Assembly (NCBI RefSeq): GCF_009914755.1 | Contig: NC_060926.1 | Strand: one strand, 5' to 3' | DNA from: the human T2T-CHM13v2.0 reference genome, Homo sapiens | DNA length: 64,000 nucleotides | Shown here: piece by piece, positions 26,200 to 39,720 of the stretch | How the letters are laid out: each line of letters starts with the position of its first letter | How positions within the stretch are numbered: position 1 is the first letter of the stretch | The notes under the pieces: generated by a model | The model's database searches: none | What the model was told of the DNA's origin: nothing | Seen by the model: the letters and a program-made list of their open reading frames with translations, nothing else | Translations under genes and position numbers: made by a program

Positions 26200-26760
26200 G
26201 GAGTGTTAGCCTGGGTCTGCTAGAGGTTGACGCCCAGGCAGCCTGAGACTGATTGGGGGATAAAGGAATGGGAGCCAGAGGTAGAGGGAGCGCCTTAGAC
26301 TAGCGCAGATCTGACCCCCAGTGAAGAAGAGAGAAGGAAAGAGGAGCAGGTGGGAATTGTCTCAGACTGCAGCCCAGTTCCAAGAGAGATCTGGCCAAGC
26401 CAAGGGGGAGTTCTCGAACTGGTTACCCAGTAGACATGTCCTGTGGAACATAAAAAAGGGAGGAAGCAAGGTTGAGTAGGAAGAGCCTTTTAGCTGTCAT
26501 GGAAACCTGACATCCACGAAAGGATGGGGTGAGGAGGCAGCACTGGGTAGGGGCAGACTCCTGACCGCATGGACACTGCAGATCTGATGAAGATGCAGGG
26601 CCCTCCTGAGCAAAGACTGCTGGCGAGGAGGGGGTCCACAACGGGTGGACGGGCCCAGGCCCCAGTGCCCACAGTGAGCCCGGCCTCAGCCCAAAAACCT
26701 GGCGTTGACCGGAAGTTGCTAAAGGCTGGAAGCTGCCAGCTTACCACCTCTTGAGCAGGC
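26200..26760 (-). mobile_element. ERVL LTR41-like fragments (one or two copies)
   Basis: gcagatctgacccccagtgaagaagagagaagg...tctcagactgcagc; gagtaggaagagcc; gagcaaagactgc. Confidence 0.55.
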
Positions 26761-26791
26761 TCTTTTTTAAAAAATGAGTGCTCACTGCATC

Positions 26792-27036
26792 TTTTTAAAA
26801 ATTGATACATAATATTTGTTCATATTTATGGGATACGTGTGTTATTTTGCTACATGCATGTAATGTATTCTCTTTCATATGTGGAAGCTAAAACAGTTAA
26901 TCTCATGGAGGTAGAGAGTAGACTGATGGTTCCCCCAGGCTGGGGGCGGAGGCAGGGGCGATGGGTGGGTGACAACAGGGTGGTTAATGGGCACAAACCT
27001 ACATTCAGATAGAGGAGTAAGTTCTGTGTTCCATGC
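26792..27036. mobile_element. L1MA 3'UTR with internal inversion (minus 26792-26867, plus 26868-27036)
   Basis: Antisense L1MA terminal segment directly joined to a sense upstream 3'UTR segment (tcatatgtggaagctaaaa...gagagtagactgatggtt). Confidence 0.75.
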
Positions 27037-27509
27037 TAGGGTCTTCCTTGAAAGGAGGTTCATGTAGCAGCCTCCAGAGCTGCCACACATCCCATCATAT
27101 CAGAACCCTTTCCACTTTGTTGCCAACATTAGGTTAAATGACTGCTTATTTTTTCCAAAACCAATAAAAGAATGTTGGCTATTTTTAGTGCCTATTTATA
27201 AGTATTTATATGGCTTAGTAGAGTTTTCTCAACATGAAATGCCAGAGTCAAAAATGTGATCATTTTTAAGGTTCTTAGCACAGTGCTAATTTTTTCTCAC
27301 AACATCTGAGCAACTTTGTGTTTCACTCAGCAACACAGGAGCATGTTTAGCTCCTTGAAAGAGTCCACCCAGGGGTAGTCTAGTTTAAAAAAACAAACCA
27401 GTGAAACTTTCATCATGATAGTGATTGCAACTTGAATGGGATATTTGAATATTATAGGGGTTGAATATTTTTTTCTCAATGTTGTTAAACCAGTAGTGGT
27501 TTGTTAAAA

Positions 27510-28510
27510 ATTTGTGAGTCTGTGTCTGCTGAGAGACAGATGCCAAGCTGGGTTCAGCCCTGCAAGAAATTCATGAGGGCTCTGCCCCATGAGGATGCTG
27601 GGAGGGTGCTGGGAAGACTGGGGGGCTGCCAGAAGGTAATGAAGGTGTGACCCATGTGAAGGAGGTAGGGAGGGAGGGAAGGAGGAGGGCTTGAGAAACA
27701 GCACCCTCAGCTGCAGTGCAGTCTGGTGGAGTCCAGCGAGGCTGTCAGGAAGTCCTGGGGCTAATGTTGTCAATCAGAGGAGTCCCACACCCCCCAGGAA
27801 TGGCCTGCCTCCAGTGAGACAAAGCAGCAAATGTAAGAAGCCACCTTTGATCATTTCTGCTTGCCAGCGTCACTTCACAAAGCCCCTGACTCTGGGATGA
27901 TGTGCAGCTCCCTGGAAAGATGCTTTGAAGACAAAACAGGATAGGGCACACAGCCCCCCCAGGTCTCTCGCCCGGGTCACCCTCTTCCTTAAAAGCTGAA
28001 TGATCCCAGTCCTGCCTTTTTCTGCATGTAAGGTAATGTCTGACGGCTTTGTCATTGTGCCTCTGGAATCTATGACCAGGTGTCCTCTTGCACCCAAACC
28101 TTGATGTGATTTTGCACGGACTGGACCTTCACCACCTGTACATCAACTGTGAGCCAAAATGTTGCTTTGGCAGCGGCTGGCAGAATCACTCTGAAAGATC
28201 CCCCCGGGGGAAGTGGGCCTCGGCTGCAGTCCTCAGGAAGACTTCTGAGCAAAATGAACTTTAATTCTTAAAGACTTCATTTTTATTTTAGGAGACACTT
28301 AGTATCCCTGCCGCCCTCTGCCTCTGCCTGAGAACAGCCTGCAGCAATGTGGCCTCACTGCAAACCAGTGATAGACTTGGCGACAGATCTGGTGACCAAA
28401 TAATGCGGTGACTGAGGGCCCTTGGTCAATGATTGTCCCCGTGGCTGAAGATCTGAGAGGCCCATTTCCATGATCACCACAAGAGTCTTCATGGATACTG
28501 TGGTGCCGAC
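27510..28510 (-). mobile_element. ERVL LTR41-like copy, split by MER67
   Basis: ctcagctgcagtgcagtc...agaggagtccca...gaatggcctgcc | tagtatccctgccg...gtggcctc continues across the insertion. Confidence 0.6.
27815..28297 (+). mobile_element. MER67 (ERV1) solo LTR
   Basis: tgagacaaagcagcaaatgtaagaagcc...gaaagatgctttgaagacaaaacaggatag...gagaca; TG...CA termini. Confidence 0.82.
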
Positions 28511-29427
28511 ACACCTACAAGTATTTTAGTTTATTTAACTGATTTATATGAGACTTTCACGTAATTACTAGTTGTTTGCGTGTAAATCATTTCTAAGATA
28601 TTTTCTTCAATTTATAAATTTTTCTTCTGTTTTTATGCAGATTTAATGCAGTCGAACTTTTCTTTCTCTTTTACATTGCAATATCAACAAGTAAGTTTAT
28701 TTGGTTTGGATTTTTATATTTAACTTTTGAATAGTTCTAGAACATATTTTAACATCAGGTTTAAAGTTTGGCATACATCGTTTTAAAATTCCAAATCATC
28801 AGCTAATTTTCCCCCAACAGTTGGTTGAACAATTCCTCCCTTCTTTATTGATTCAAAATGCCACTTTTATCGAATAGTATGTCCTTATATATAAGTTTCT
28901 CTGATATAAGCTGTGTGTCATATCTGCTCTTTCCCCAGCATCTCACTTCACACCCAGTGGTAGCTCCGCAATCATCTTCCATGACCTGCATGCTTGTGTG
29001 AGCAGAACACTGCGAAGTACGTTACCTGGGCATCTCATTTAATTCCCACAATCAGCTTACACTGTGAGCTCTTACTGCCTTCATCCTGTAGACAAGGAGT
29101 CTGGGGCTCATGGGGGACAGCCGACGTGCAAACCTCATCGAGCCAGCAAGTGTCAGCAGTGTCCAGCCGAGAACAGCCGCAACTCTCCTGTCACACCGTT
29201 CACATCTCTACATGCACAAGCATCTGCAGCCTCTCCATTTTGTCTCCCAGAGCAGCATGTTCTGCTTTTAGAGACCAGCAGGGCACTCAGGAGTAACTGG
29301 TTGGGCAAGTCACATCTTTCCTCCTCCTCGGCCTCCTCCTGCATCTCCTCTTTCTTTCTCAGTGTCTTCCTGAGTGGGCGTGCACTCGACTCCGGTGAGC
29401 TGGGCCTAAACAACTGAGCTGTCGCGG

Positions 29428-29872
29428 TGTCTTCATTCCCTAGGGCTGCTGTAACAAAACACCAGAAACCTGATGGTTTAAAACAACAAACTGTCCCACA
29501 GATGGAGCACCCAGGAGCCTGCAATCAAGAGGCTGGCAGGGCCACGCTCCCTCTGGGGGTTCCAGGGAAGAACGGGTTCCATTCTCCAGGCTTCTGGAGC
29601 TACAGGCATTCCCCGGAGCTCCTTGACTAGGAGATGCGGCACTCCTACCTCCGCCTCCGCCAGGCATGGTGTCCGCCCTGTGCTCCTCTAGGCATCTCTC
29701 CTTCTCTTTCAAGGACACCGGTCCTATTGGATCAGGGCCCACCCTACTCCAGAATGACCTAATCTGAACCAAATACATCAAGCCATGATGCTATTTTCAA
29801 AGAAAGCCACATTCTGAGAGGTTCCAGGAAGGACAGGAATGTAGGGGGAAAAGCCCTATTCAAACCCTGTAT
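29428..29872 (-). mobile_element. MLT1B/C MaLR LTR
   Basis: ctagggctgctgtaacaaaacacc...ggatcagggcccaccctactccag...cacattctgagagg. Confidence 0.85.
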
Positions 29873-31617
29873 GTGCCATATTGAAATATAGTATGAAAAG
29901 TGTGTAAACCCAGCTGCCGTAGGTCAATTCCTAGTCCTCAATTTCCCACAGAGGGGAGAAGCCTGCGCCTTTCTCTCCACCCCACTGTCATGTACCTCTC
30001 TGCAGGGTGAGACCGAGAGGAGGAGGGAGCCTGCGTGGGCCACTCAGCTCCTGGGGTGCTCTCGTTTCCCTCCTCATGCCTATAAAGAAGGGAGGGGGTC
30101 TTCCTCTGTGTCCCTGCTTCCCTGTGCTCAGCATGGTGGACTCGGACCCCACCAGCCTTCTGGAAGCCCTGGGTAAGCAAGTTTGCTCAGCCAACCCCAA
30201 CCCTCTCTGGTGTCATTGTCCTGTGCTTCTGACAAAGGCCAAGGGGTTTGGAAGCCAGTCTGTGGCCCCAAGTACCAGTTCAGTTCTCCCAGCCAGCTTT
30301 TGAAGTAGAAAGACGGATTTATTATGTCCGTATGTCTGAATCCTCTGTCTGCCTGCCAACTGGTTTGGGATTTGACAGTGAACTAAATGGAAGAGGTGGC
30401 TGGAAAGGATTGACATGTGCTGGTCAGAATTCACGTGTGGAGAGAGAATCCTGGGGCTGGGCCAGGGCAGTGGCTTTCAGCATTACTGCTTTAGGAAGCT
30501 CAGTCCCCTGACCTTGGTAGTATCAGAGGGATGGGGCTGAGGCTCCTTAGTGACAGGCGAGGACTCCAATGAGTCTCTTGCCCAGGTTTCACCTTGGTCT
30601 GACTTCCCCAGGTCCACCTGGGCCACAGCAGGGACTAGAAAACCTGAGAGTCTCTGTGGCCCAGCCAGGCGGAGCAGGTGGGCAAGCAGATGCTTTTGTG
30701 AGTTCTCCTGGTTCCGTCGCCAGATCAGTATCTATACTAGGAGATATTTTGGTATTTTCCTCTTCATCTTGTCCGACCTTCATCTAAAGTGAAGGGGGAC
30801 TTATCCAGTCATTATGTGGCTTCTCCCATTTGCTCTGAAATCCAGAAATGTGTCATTATGATTCTGGATTTTGGAAATGGGAGCACAGCTTTCCCCATGG
30901 GACATAGATTTTATTAATGAACAAATGGAGCGTGTGAAGAGCCATTTTGGAGAGGGAAATGGAGGAATAAAGTTGAATGACATTCAGGAAAATTTAAAGA
31001 CCAAAATTATCCTTACCTGAGATTTCCATGTGGGACACAGGTGACATGGGCACCACGACACCTGGGGCAGCAGCTAGAGAAGTTTCAGGATGACGCTGGA
31101 ACCAGAAGAGACAACTCCAGGCCCAGCCCACCCCTGCACTGGGCCTCCAGGTTTGCAGAGTCCACACTGAGCACAGGCAGGTTTGGAGGAGAGCAGACGG
31201 CAGAAGCCTTGGTCCCACCAGGCCGCGGGGCCCCTTGCAATCATCAAGAGCAGCTGCTATTCAGGAATCTGCTGAGGGGGAGTCTCATGCCAAAATAGAT
31301 GCTGAGAAGGAGAGATAAAATAACCTCTAGCTGTTAGATTTCACTGGCAGGATCAAGTGGTGGTGGTAGCCACAGCATGGCCCCAGGTGCTACTGCCACC
31401 CAGCCCACCCTCAACACAGCACCCAGGTGCCAGGGCACGAGGCTCAAAGAGAAGTGAAAATTACAAGTCTTTGTATATTCAAAATGTGCAAAAAGGAACC
31501 CAAATCTAAGACCTGGTGACCAGGGTGTCATTATAACTTCCTAAGTTTTGCGAGATAACGGGTATATTTCAGATGTCACTCTTTGATACAGGAAGCATCT
31601 GTTTGGCTTTTTTTCTT

Positions 31618-32058
31618 TGCATCAGACAGCTATTGCTGCAAAAATGCTGCATAACAAACAGACCCAGAACCTCAGGCTTTATTTCTCATTCACAGAGTCG
31701 TGTACAGGTTGTGGCTCTGCTGTGCTCAGCTGGGATCGGCTGGGCCTGGTCCACTCACTGAATCCCCCCATTCTTCTCAGAACGGCGGCTAGCAGGGCAT
31801 GTCGCATTTATGGCAGAAGTGCAAGAAGCCAAGCCAAACCACATGGGTGCAAGTGAGGACTGTGTTAGCATCTTGTTTGCTAACTTTCCGGGGCCAAGAA
31901 AGCAAGTCATGTGACAAACCTCTAAATCAACCCAAAATAGATTGTCCTCCACATATCGCACCGGGAGGCACCAAGGAATCACATGGAACTAGTTCTAGCT
32001 GTATGATCTATTACAGAGAGGGTGAAGGTCTGGGACCCTGAATCTAATCTACCACTAT
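31618..32058 (-). mobile_element. MLT1K/L-like MaLR LTR
   Basis: tgcatcagacagctattgctgcaaaaatgctgcataacaaac...ggccaagaaagcaagtcatgtgac...aatctaccac. Confidence 0.7.
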
Positions 32059-35000
32059 ACCACTAGGAGATTTTTTTTCCAAACCAGTGTAGGACTGGAG
32101 GCTCTGGTTTTGGACACATGGCACTAACACTTGGCAGGAGTGAAATCAAGAAGAGCTTTCTTTGACCTGCCCTCTGTCTGTCCATCTTCCTTCAGATGCA
32201 TGAGTCTCTAGGACAGCCTTTGGAAATGTTTCTGCCTTTACCTGGAAGAACCTCTCCTGGCCTTCTTCCTCATCCCAATTCACTCACTTGTCCCGAAGAC
32301 TTCTCTGACTGGTGAGACTCGAGAGGGGAACAGGTCACTGTGGCTGACCTCAGCTCCCCACTCTGCAGCAAGCACACTAGGGTCAGGTGCGGGTCAGGAC
32401 GCCCTTCTCCTTCTGTCAGGCAGAGCACCCAGTGGTGACCCAGCCAACAGTCTGACTCTTCCTGCTCTGCAGACCTCAATCCTCCTCCATGTGAGTCAGC
32501 CCAAGGGCTGGCTTGGAATAGAGGCTGACAAGAAGCCCAGTTGGAGCCATAAATCCAAACTGAACTCTCCAATATAAATTTATTTCTCAGACAACAAACA
32601 ACAGATGAACAAAATCTCTTGTTGGCTTTAAAACTCAATCTCTACAGCTCCTGTGTCTTATTTCTTAGTACGTCTTAATTCATAGAAGATTTAGGGCTTA
32701 TGAATGATTAGCCCCCTAAGAACCAGCAAGCCCCCTTTGTTCTTTCTTTTTCCCATTTTTAAATAAAATTTCATTAAATACAGTTTCATTAAAGTATAAC
32801 ACCCATGCAGAAAGATGCACAAATAATAAGCAAACAGATAAATGGATCTCATAAAGTAAACACACTCATGCAACCAACCCATAGATCATAAACAGAATGT
32901 CACTTAAATGAAGAAGCAGCTGGGCATTTATGCAAAGCAAAAGAAATCTGTATATCAAGGACATAGCAGCATCATATGTTTATTGCAGCACTATTCACAA
33001 TAGCAAAGACATGGACTCAACCTAAGGATAACTCAATACCCTACCGATTGATTTGTAGCTGGGTGGATCACACAGGCATTGCTCCTCCCTCATTAGTTAA
33101 TGCCCATAGTCCCTGAATATGTATAACTTCTTAAGCAGGACCCTAGTAAGGAAATACACTTTTACTCAGAAATACCCACAATTCCTATCAATCTGCCATC
33201 AACCCAGGTGTCTTCAAAGATACTTCCACTGAAATGACTCTAATTCTACTATGAGAGCCTGTGAATCAATCTGGAACAAGGGTAAGAAGAAAAAACACTT
33301 TTTCTCACAGTGAGATCTTCTTCGATGCATCCAACTCACCCGTGGGACCCTAAGTCACTTGTACAGCAAAGTCAAAATGGGACAAATTCTGGCTCTACTT
33401 CCAAGAAAGGGACAAAAGGAGAAAATCGTTTCTTTGTTTTTCACATGAGCGGGGTGTCACATAGGCTTTCCCACTGCACAGTGGGCATTTGGGCAGGGGA
33501 CATTTGCAACATTGAGGTAGGACAGGGAGCAATTCTAGTCTGAGACCACTGGTGCCTTTTCCATGAGGGTCCACCCGATTGAAACACTGGTTGGGAAGGT
33601 GACAGCCAAGACAGCAACACACAGCATTGTGTGAGGAGAAGTGGATGAACACACCACCCTGGTTGGGCATGGCTGGAGGAGGAGAGTACTCACGGGGTGT
33701 CACCAGAGACCCCAGTAAACACACCCTGGAGCCTCTGCCCCAGCACAGTTTCAGAAAATCAGTCTCAGCTCACGAGGTCTGCAAAGCACCCTTAGCCATG
33801 GCTATTCTAACAAAGCCCACAGCCGTTCCTGAGAATTCCAGCTGAAGGGGAATGCCAAGCAGATGTGATGTCTTGGTCTTGGGAATTTCCGAGTCTCTTG
33901 CTTCTCTCCCAGGAAGCTCCGTCACGCTCTGCCTGAGCCTTGGGTGCCTAGCATCCCTCGCAAGACAGAAGGCACGCCACCCCAGCCTGATCAAGGACAC
34001 AGTGAAAAACGTGGGTGATGCGGCTGATGCCACCTATAAAGCTGTCTGCAAAACCATGCTTAGTATTAAAAAAAACTGATTGAAAATCCGAATATAGCAA
34101 TACTCTAAGTCCACATGTGATTTTGATGAGAAGGGTTTGCACCTCCTATAAAGCCCTGGAGTAAATAAACAAACTCATTAAATTGTCAAGTGTGAGAAAG
34201 TTTCCTTTGAAGAATTCTCAAAGCAAGTCAATAATTTCTGGATGGAAAATGGGCACTCCCCACTGCCTGCACATGTGGTCCTGGGGAAATGGGAGTTTTC
34301 TCAGGATGGAAGCAAGAGTTGAGCTAGCAAGTTAGGGGATTTGAAGCCCCTGGCAACTCTAAGAAAGTGAAAAACTGAAGCTATTCTGCCCTGGATTTGT
34401 GGGCCCTGGGGCCACCATGGAGATGAAAGGAGAGAGAAGGAAGTCCCCAGGGTACTCAATCAATGAGTTCCTTAATGGCACTGCTGAGAAACACAGTGGG
34501 GAGGAGCAGAGAAACCGCAAACCTCAGCAGGTGTTACGGCCATCCTTGGCCAGCCTTGCAGACGTGCACCCATGGTTGTTTGTTTGTATTGTGTCCAACA
34601 GAGATTTGACTCTCTCCAGTCAGACCCAGCTGACCATCCCTTCTTCCCTGCACCGCACATGCAATTCCCTGTAGTGGGGGACCTGCATCCCCAGCACTAA
34701 GAGCCCCCCAGGGAAGGGGACCCCTGAGCTGTCAGTGCCTGGCACACCTCACCCTGCCTCACACCCAGCCCTGCCTTCATGGTTCCCACCACAAACACTG
34801 CCTCAACCCCTCACCAGAAATCCTTCTAGAATGAGGCGCTTTTTAAATCCAGATGCAACTGTGAATAAATACTTGATTTTTATATAGAATTTCCAAGTCC
34901 CCAGTGAAGATTCTATTGTGGCATTACAAACTGACATTTACTAGAGTAAAAAAGAAATAGGGAAACCAGATTTCCTTTGCAGATTTTGCACTCAGTAGGA

Positions 35001-35776
35001 GTTGAGTAGCAGGGAAGAAATTACATTTTTGTATCATCTAATAAATGCCCCAACCCATTCTCTGGGCAGTCTCAAGGGTACCACGGGCTCTTTCCCATCA
35101 CTTGGTCTTTGATGTCCCCTCCCTCCCTGCTCCCCTCTGGGTAGTTTCTGAGAGTAAAGGATGAAAATGCTACTGCAGCTCCATGGGAAAGGGCAGCCCC
35201 AGGCCTAGAATTGCCCCTAGTGTGCATGGTCTGGTGGCCCCGGTCTGGCTCTGTCTCTGCCACTGCTGCCCACATCTCTGGCTGTTCTCAGCTTAGTCAC
35301 AGCCCAGTAGCTCTCTCTGCCAACCAACCGGTGCCATCTCAGCCTCCCTGGTGCATTTCTCCTGAGTCTGACGATGCTGCCCCTTGTCTTTAGCTTAGGT
35401 GTTTGGCCTGTATCTGCCTATAGGGTCGTTTTCCCCACCCTGGCCACTCCTCTGGGAAACTTCCTCGCCAAACTTCCACGACCCCTGAGTGCCCCGCAGG
35501 CGTGAGCAGGAATTTCTCACTGCCTTCCACACCCAGAAGGAGCCAGGGGCATCCTAGGAGTATTGGTCTGGGATCTTCTGCAAGACCATGCATTCTCCTC
35601 CTCAAGTCCTCAGTGGGGAGTGACACAGAAGCCCATCTGCTTTTTTGCTTTATCCTCAATCTTTCTCTTAATGTACGTCCTCCATATCTCTTGAATTCGA
35701 GCCTCAATCATGACATATCTGACTAATTTTTTTCTTCCTCTCCTGCCATTCTGTGGGGCTATCAAGAGCACAATGA

Positions 35777-36050
35777 GGCCGGGCGCGGTGGCTCACGCCT
35801 GTAATCTCAGCACTTTGGGAGGGCGAGGTAAGATCGAGACCATCCTGGCCAACACAGTGAAACCTCGTCTCTACTAAAAATATGAAAAAAAATTAGCCGG
35901 GCGTGGTGGTGGGAGCCTGTGGTCCCAGCTACTCAGGAGGCTGAGGCAGGAGAAAGGCGTGAACCCGGGAAGCAGAGCTTGCAGTGAGCTGAGATCGCAC
36001 CACTGCACTCCAGCGTGGGCGACAGAGCGAGACTCCGTCAAAAAAAAAAA
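35777..36050 (+). mobile_element. AluY with about 19-bp deletion in the left monomer
   Basis: gagatcgagaccatcctgg, ggcgtgaacccggg, gagcttgcagtg; TSD aaga(g/a)cacaatga at 35764-35776 and 36051-36063. Confidence 0.93.
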
Positions 36051-36070
36051 AAGAACACAATGAAAGATCC

Positions 36071-36945
36071 GAGAGCCGATTGTTAGATTTTTAGGGGTTT
36101 TGCAAACTGGTTGTTAAGGCATTATTAAAAAGTGAATTATAAAAATTTACAATTAGATTCATTTTATTAAAAACAACAGCAATAAATACTTAAACCTTAT
36201 CACTTTCTAATTATCTTGCTACATTTTACTATTTTTAGTGCTCTTGTTGTTTACATTCATTGTCTCTTGATGGTGAAAATACTGTTTGACGGTGACCACT
36301 GGGAACCTCTTTCCAGGGCTGTGATCAGTCAGGTCACCTCGGTAGCTTGTAATCAGCCATGGAGGGAATACTTACACCATGGACACTGGCAAATGCTATG
36401 AACCAGGGCTTGACTTACTGTTTTGTTGATTGTTTAGTCTTAAAGACATGATAGAGAAAATGTTAATACCCAATGCAGATTAAACATGAAAGCATGTCAT
36501 GTCTATAGCCATCATACTGTGAATAGCACAAAAACGTGAGGATATATTCTTTCATTGTCAGAAAACTCAGCAATTCAGCAAAGAAGTCACTCACATCATG
36601 AACAAGCTAGTGAAGCTTCATTGTTGTTTCATTTCTTTTTTACTTGTTAACATGAATGAAATTATCAACCAGCATTTATGTCAGAACTTCTCTCATTCAA
36701 GAATCGGAACCATAGGTTGACTACAGATATTACATAAAAGTTTGGCAGAAAAAAATCAATAAAATATTCTGTGAGAATAAATTGGCTATAAGAAATTTAT
36801 AATAATGAGTATTATAGGATTTGGTATTATTTGTAAATATTTGCTGCATATTTTGTATAGCAGTAAATTTACAATGAACTTATGTCCACATGCACACATT
36901 TTAGACATCTAGTTATTAATTCCTCACCAGCACACCACACCACTG
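36071..36945 (+). mobile_element. MER63 (C-like) hAT-Blackjack element
   Basis: gagagccgattgttag...gtagcttgtaatcagccatgg...ccagcacaccac...cactg terminal repeat. Confidence 0.85.
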
Positions 36946-37036
36946 GCTATAATAGTGGGCTGGGTACAAAGAGAGACAAACCAGTTTACCAGTAAGGAAA
37001 CAAAAATTGAGAAGTATTGTTAAAAGGCTATGTCTA

Positions 37037-37337
37037 CCCTGGGCGCATGGCTCACGCCTGTAATCCCAGCACTTTGGGAGGCTGAGGCGGGCGGATCACA
37101 AGGTCAGGAGATCGAGACCATCCTGGCTAACACAGTGAAACCTCGTCTCTACTAAAAACACAAAAAAATTAGCCAGGTGTGGTGGCAGGCTCCTGTAGTC
37201 CCAGCTACTCAGGAGGCTGAGGCAGGAGAATGGCATGAACCCAGGAGGTGGAGCTTGCAGTGAGCCGTGATTGCTCCACTACACTCTGGCCTGGGCGACA
37301 GAGCGAGACTCCGTCTAAAAAAAAAAAAAAAAAAAAA
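37037..37337 (+). mobile_element. AluY
   Basis: gagatcgagaccatcctggctaacac; TSD aaaaggctatgtcta at 37022-37036 and 37338-37352; TT|AAAA target. Confidence 0.96.
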
Positions 37338-37539
37338 AAAAGGCTATGTCTATTACAAATCCAGAAGATGCCATGTAAAAGATGATTTGACTCTAAGACT
37401 AGTTAGGAACAAAGGCAAAAACTGAAAAGAGAGACTACATCTGGGTCTAAGGAAGTATGATTCTATCTCCCCAGCCTACCTTCAGAAGAATCCCCTCAGA
37501 CTGGGAGAAGAGAAATTAGAGAGGAGAGGAGAGGAGAGG

Positions 37540-37700
37540 GGTACAATGATACCACATTGTGGCTTTAATTTTCACTTTGATGACTAAGGAAGTCAAGCAT
37601 CTTTTGCATGTTTATTGGACATTTGGATTTCCTCTTTTGTAAAGTGCCTGTTCAAGTCTTTTGATCATTTTCCCATTGGGTTATCTGTCTTTTGCTGGCC
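37540..37700 (-). mobile_element. Old L1M fragment
   Basis: catcttttgcatgtttattggacatttggatttcctcttttgtaaagtgcctgttcaagtctttt. Confidence 0.75.
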
Positions 37701-38369
37701 AATTTCTCATTTTTTACTCATCTAACTTGAGAAACTTTTTAAAAATTATGTTCTTTCCATTATCTTTTTAACATAAATTTTTTTTTCCAAAATGTTTTTA
37801 TCTGGGATATTTCACAGCTTTTTCTATGAGTCATCAATATGAGTATTTATATCTCTAAGGATATATTTTTATTGGTTTTAGATGTTTATCCATAATTCTT
37901 TTCAATGACAACTTTCTCACTCTCAAATATTTATCTTCAACATTTACAGACTTAAAGACATGTTTAATCATTATTATAGTAAAGGCCATTCTTTTCTGTC
38001 ACACTGCCATATTTTAGTTTTTTGAATTACAACATATGACTTTTTTGTTTATTTGTTTCCTTGTTTACCATATTTTTCCTACCAAAAGTCTTCATCTTGT
38101 TCATCTCCAGTGTTTAGAACAGTGAACACTATATAAAGGAGATGGCTTCAAATCCTTATAGAATTAAAGTGACCTGATTTTTGACTAATAATTGGGGTTT
38201 CTTTTTCATCTTAAAGCTCAAACATTCTACCAGAATGTCTTGAGAAATTTTCTGTTTGTTTTGCCTTGAATATGATGAGCTGTTTTCATATTTAGTCTTA
38301 GTCAATTGCATTATATCTTTGATTACCAATTCTGATTCCATTACAAAGGACAGTATTTCCAGACTCTGT

Positions 38370-39720
38370 TTTCTATGTCTGTTGATTTTTAAAAATGTTT
38401 TTGTGTTACCTTTAATAAAATTACACAAATAACAGATTTATTCATGCTTTTCATTAAAATTCAAAAAATAGAAAATTGTAAAAGTGAAATTCTTTCTTTT
38501 CTTCTCCTGTCAGTACTGACATATTTGTGATTATTTTCCTTGACTATGTAGTAGTCATTGTCAAATGCACATATTATAGTTTATTCAACCTCCTCCCAAC
38601 GGTTGGACATTTAAGTGATTAATAGCTTTTCACACTTACAGAGCTGCATTGTATATTTCTGTGAATGTATCATTCTGCATGTGTGCAAGCATTTCTATAG
38701 GATATTTTCCTAGAGGTAGAATTACAAGGCCAAAGAGTGTGTATCTTTAAAATGTTAGCAGATAATGCTAAATGGCTCCTCAAAAATACTATACCAATTT
38801 GTAGGCCCCAAACTAGAGCATTTATTTCTTGCACTCTGGTGGCCAACATTGGCTAGTATCAATTCTGATATGCAAAAATGTTATCTTTATTCACATTCTC
38901 CTTATTTCTTAATAAATTTCAACTTTTTGAGTATTTTTCTCCATTTTTATTTTGTATATCATTTGCTTAACTTGCTGAAGGGCCTTTTTTATTTTAATTT
39001 CTTCCAACAATGATGCCATTTGGTTTAATAAACATTTTATTCTCCCCTTCTACCATCATATTTCTGTTTAAAAAATGACATACTTTTTTTTTTATATCTT
39101 TAAGAATAGAAAACCATCCCTTTATAAGATTTTCCTTTGTTCCATGAAAGACATTCATTTCGGGTGAAGATTTTCCTCTTAGTTTTTATAACAATGAACC
39201 TTTTATGTTTCAAATACTTCTAGGTCCTTGCTCCTTGTTGTTCTCTGCTTGCCTCATTCTTGAAACATAGATGTTTTATTTTATTGTTGTAGCTTATGCA
39301 TATCGAAGGCCTGCTTGTTTTATTATGAAAATTACCAAACACCACAAAGGTATCTCTACAATGGCCCCATATACCCATCACCCAGATCTCAAATATTATC
39401 AGGAAATAGCCATAATTCATTTATTCGTTTTCTTGTCTTCCTACCTTCCCTCCCCCTTTCTCCTTTCCTTCCTTCCCTCTTTCCTTCCTCCTGTCCTTCC
39501 TTCTTTCTGAAATATTGTAAAGCAAATTCTAGATGCCAGATCATTTCATTCTGACCTTCTTCAGTTTGCTTTCCTGTTTTGAAAAATTCGGATTTTCTTA
39601 TATAATTATGATGCTATTAACACCTAACATAATTAACAATTCTTTGAAATCATCCAGTACCCATTTCAAATGTCACTAAGGGCTTCAAAAGTGACTTCTG
39701 TAAAGTCGGTTTGAAAAGGT
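38370..39720 (-). mobile_element. Decayed L1ME/L1MC fragments with a TTCC-rich tract (about 39430-39510)
   Basis: AT-rich antisense L1 motifs (ttttcctagaggtagaattac, aagcaaattctagatgccagatcatttcat). Confidence 0.55.

Noticed and set aside
26432-26441. Perfect p53 half-site agacatgtcc
   Set aside because: No adjacent second decamer.
35777-37337. Two co-oriented AluYs sharing aacacagtgaaacctcgtc (gene conversion or duplication?)
   Set aside because: Each has its own TSD, and the shared changes are mostly CpG decay with only one non-CpG site.
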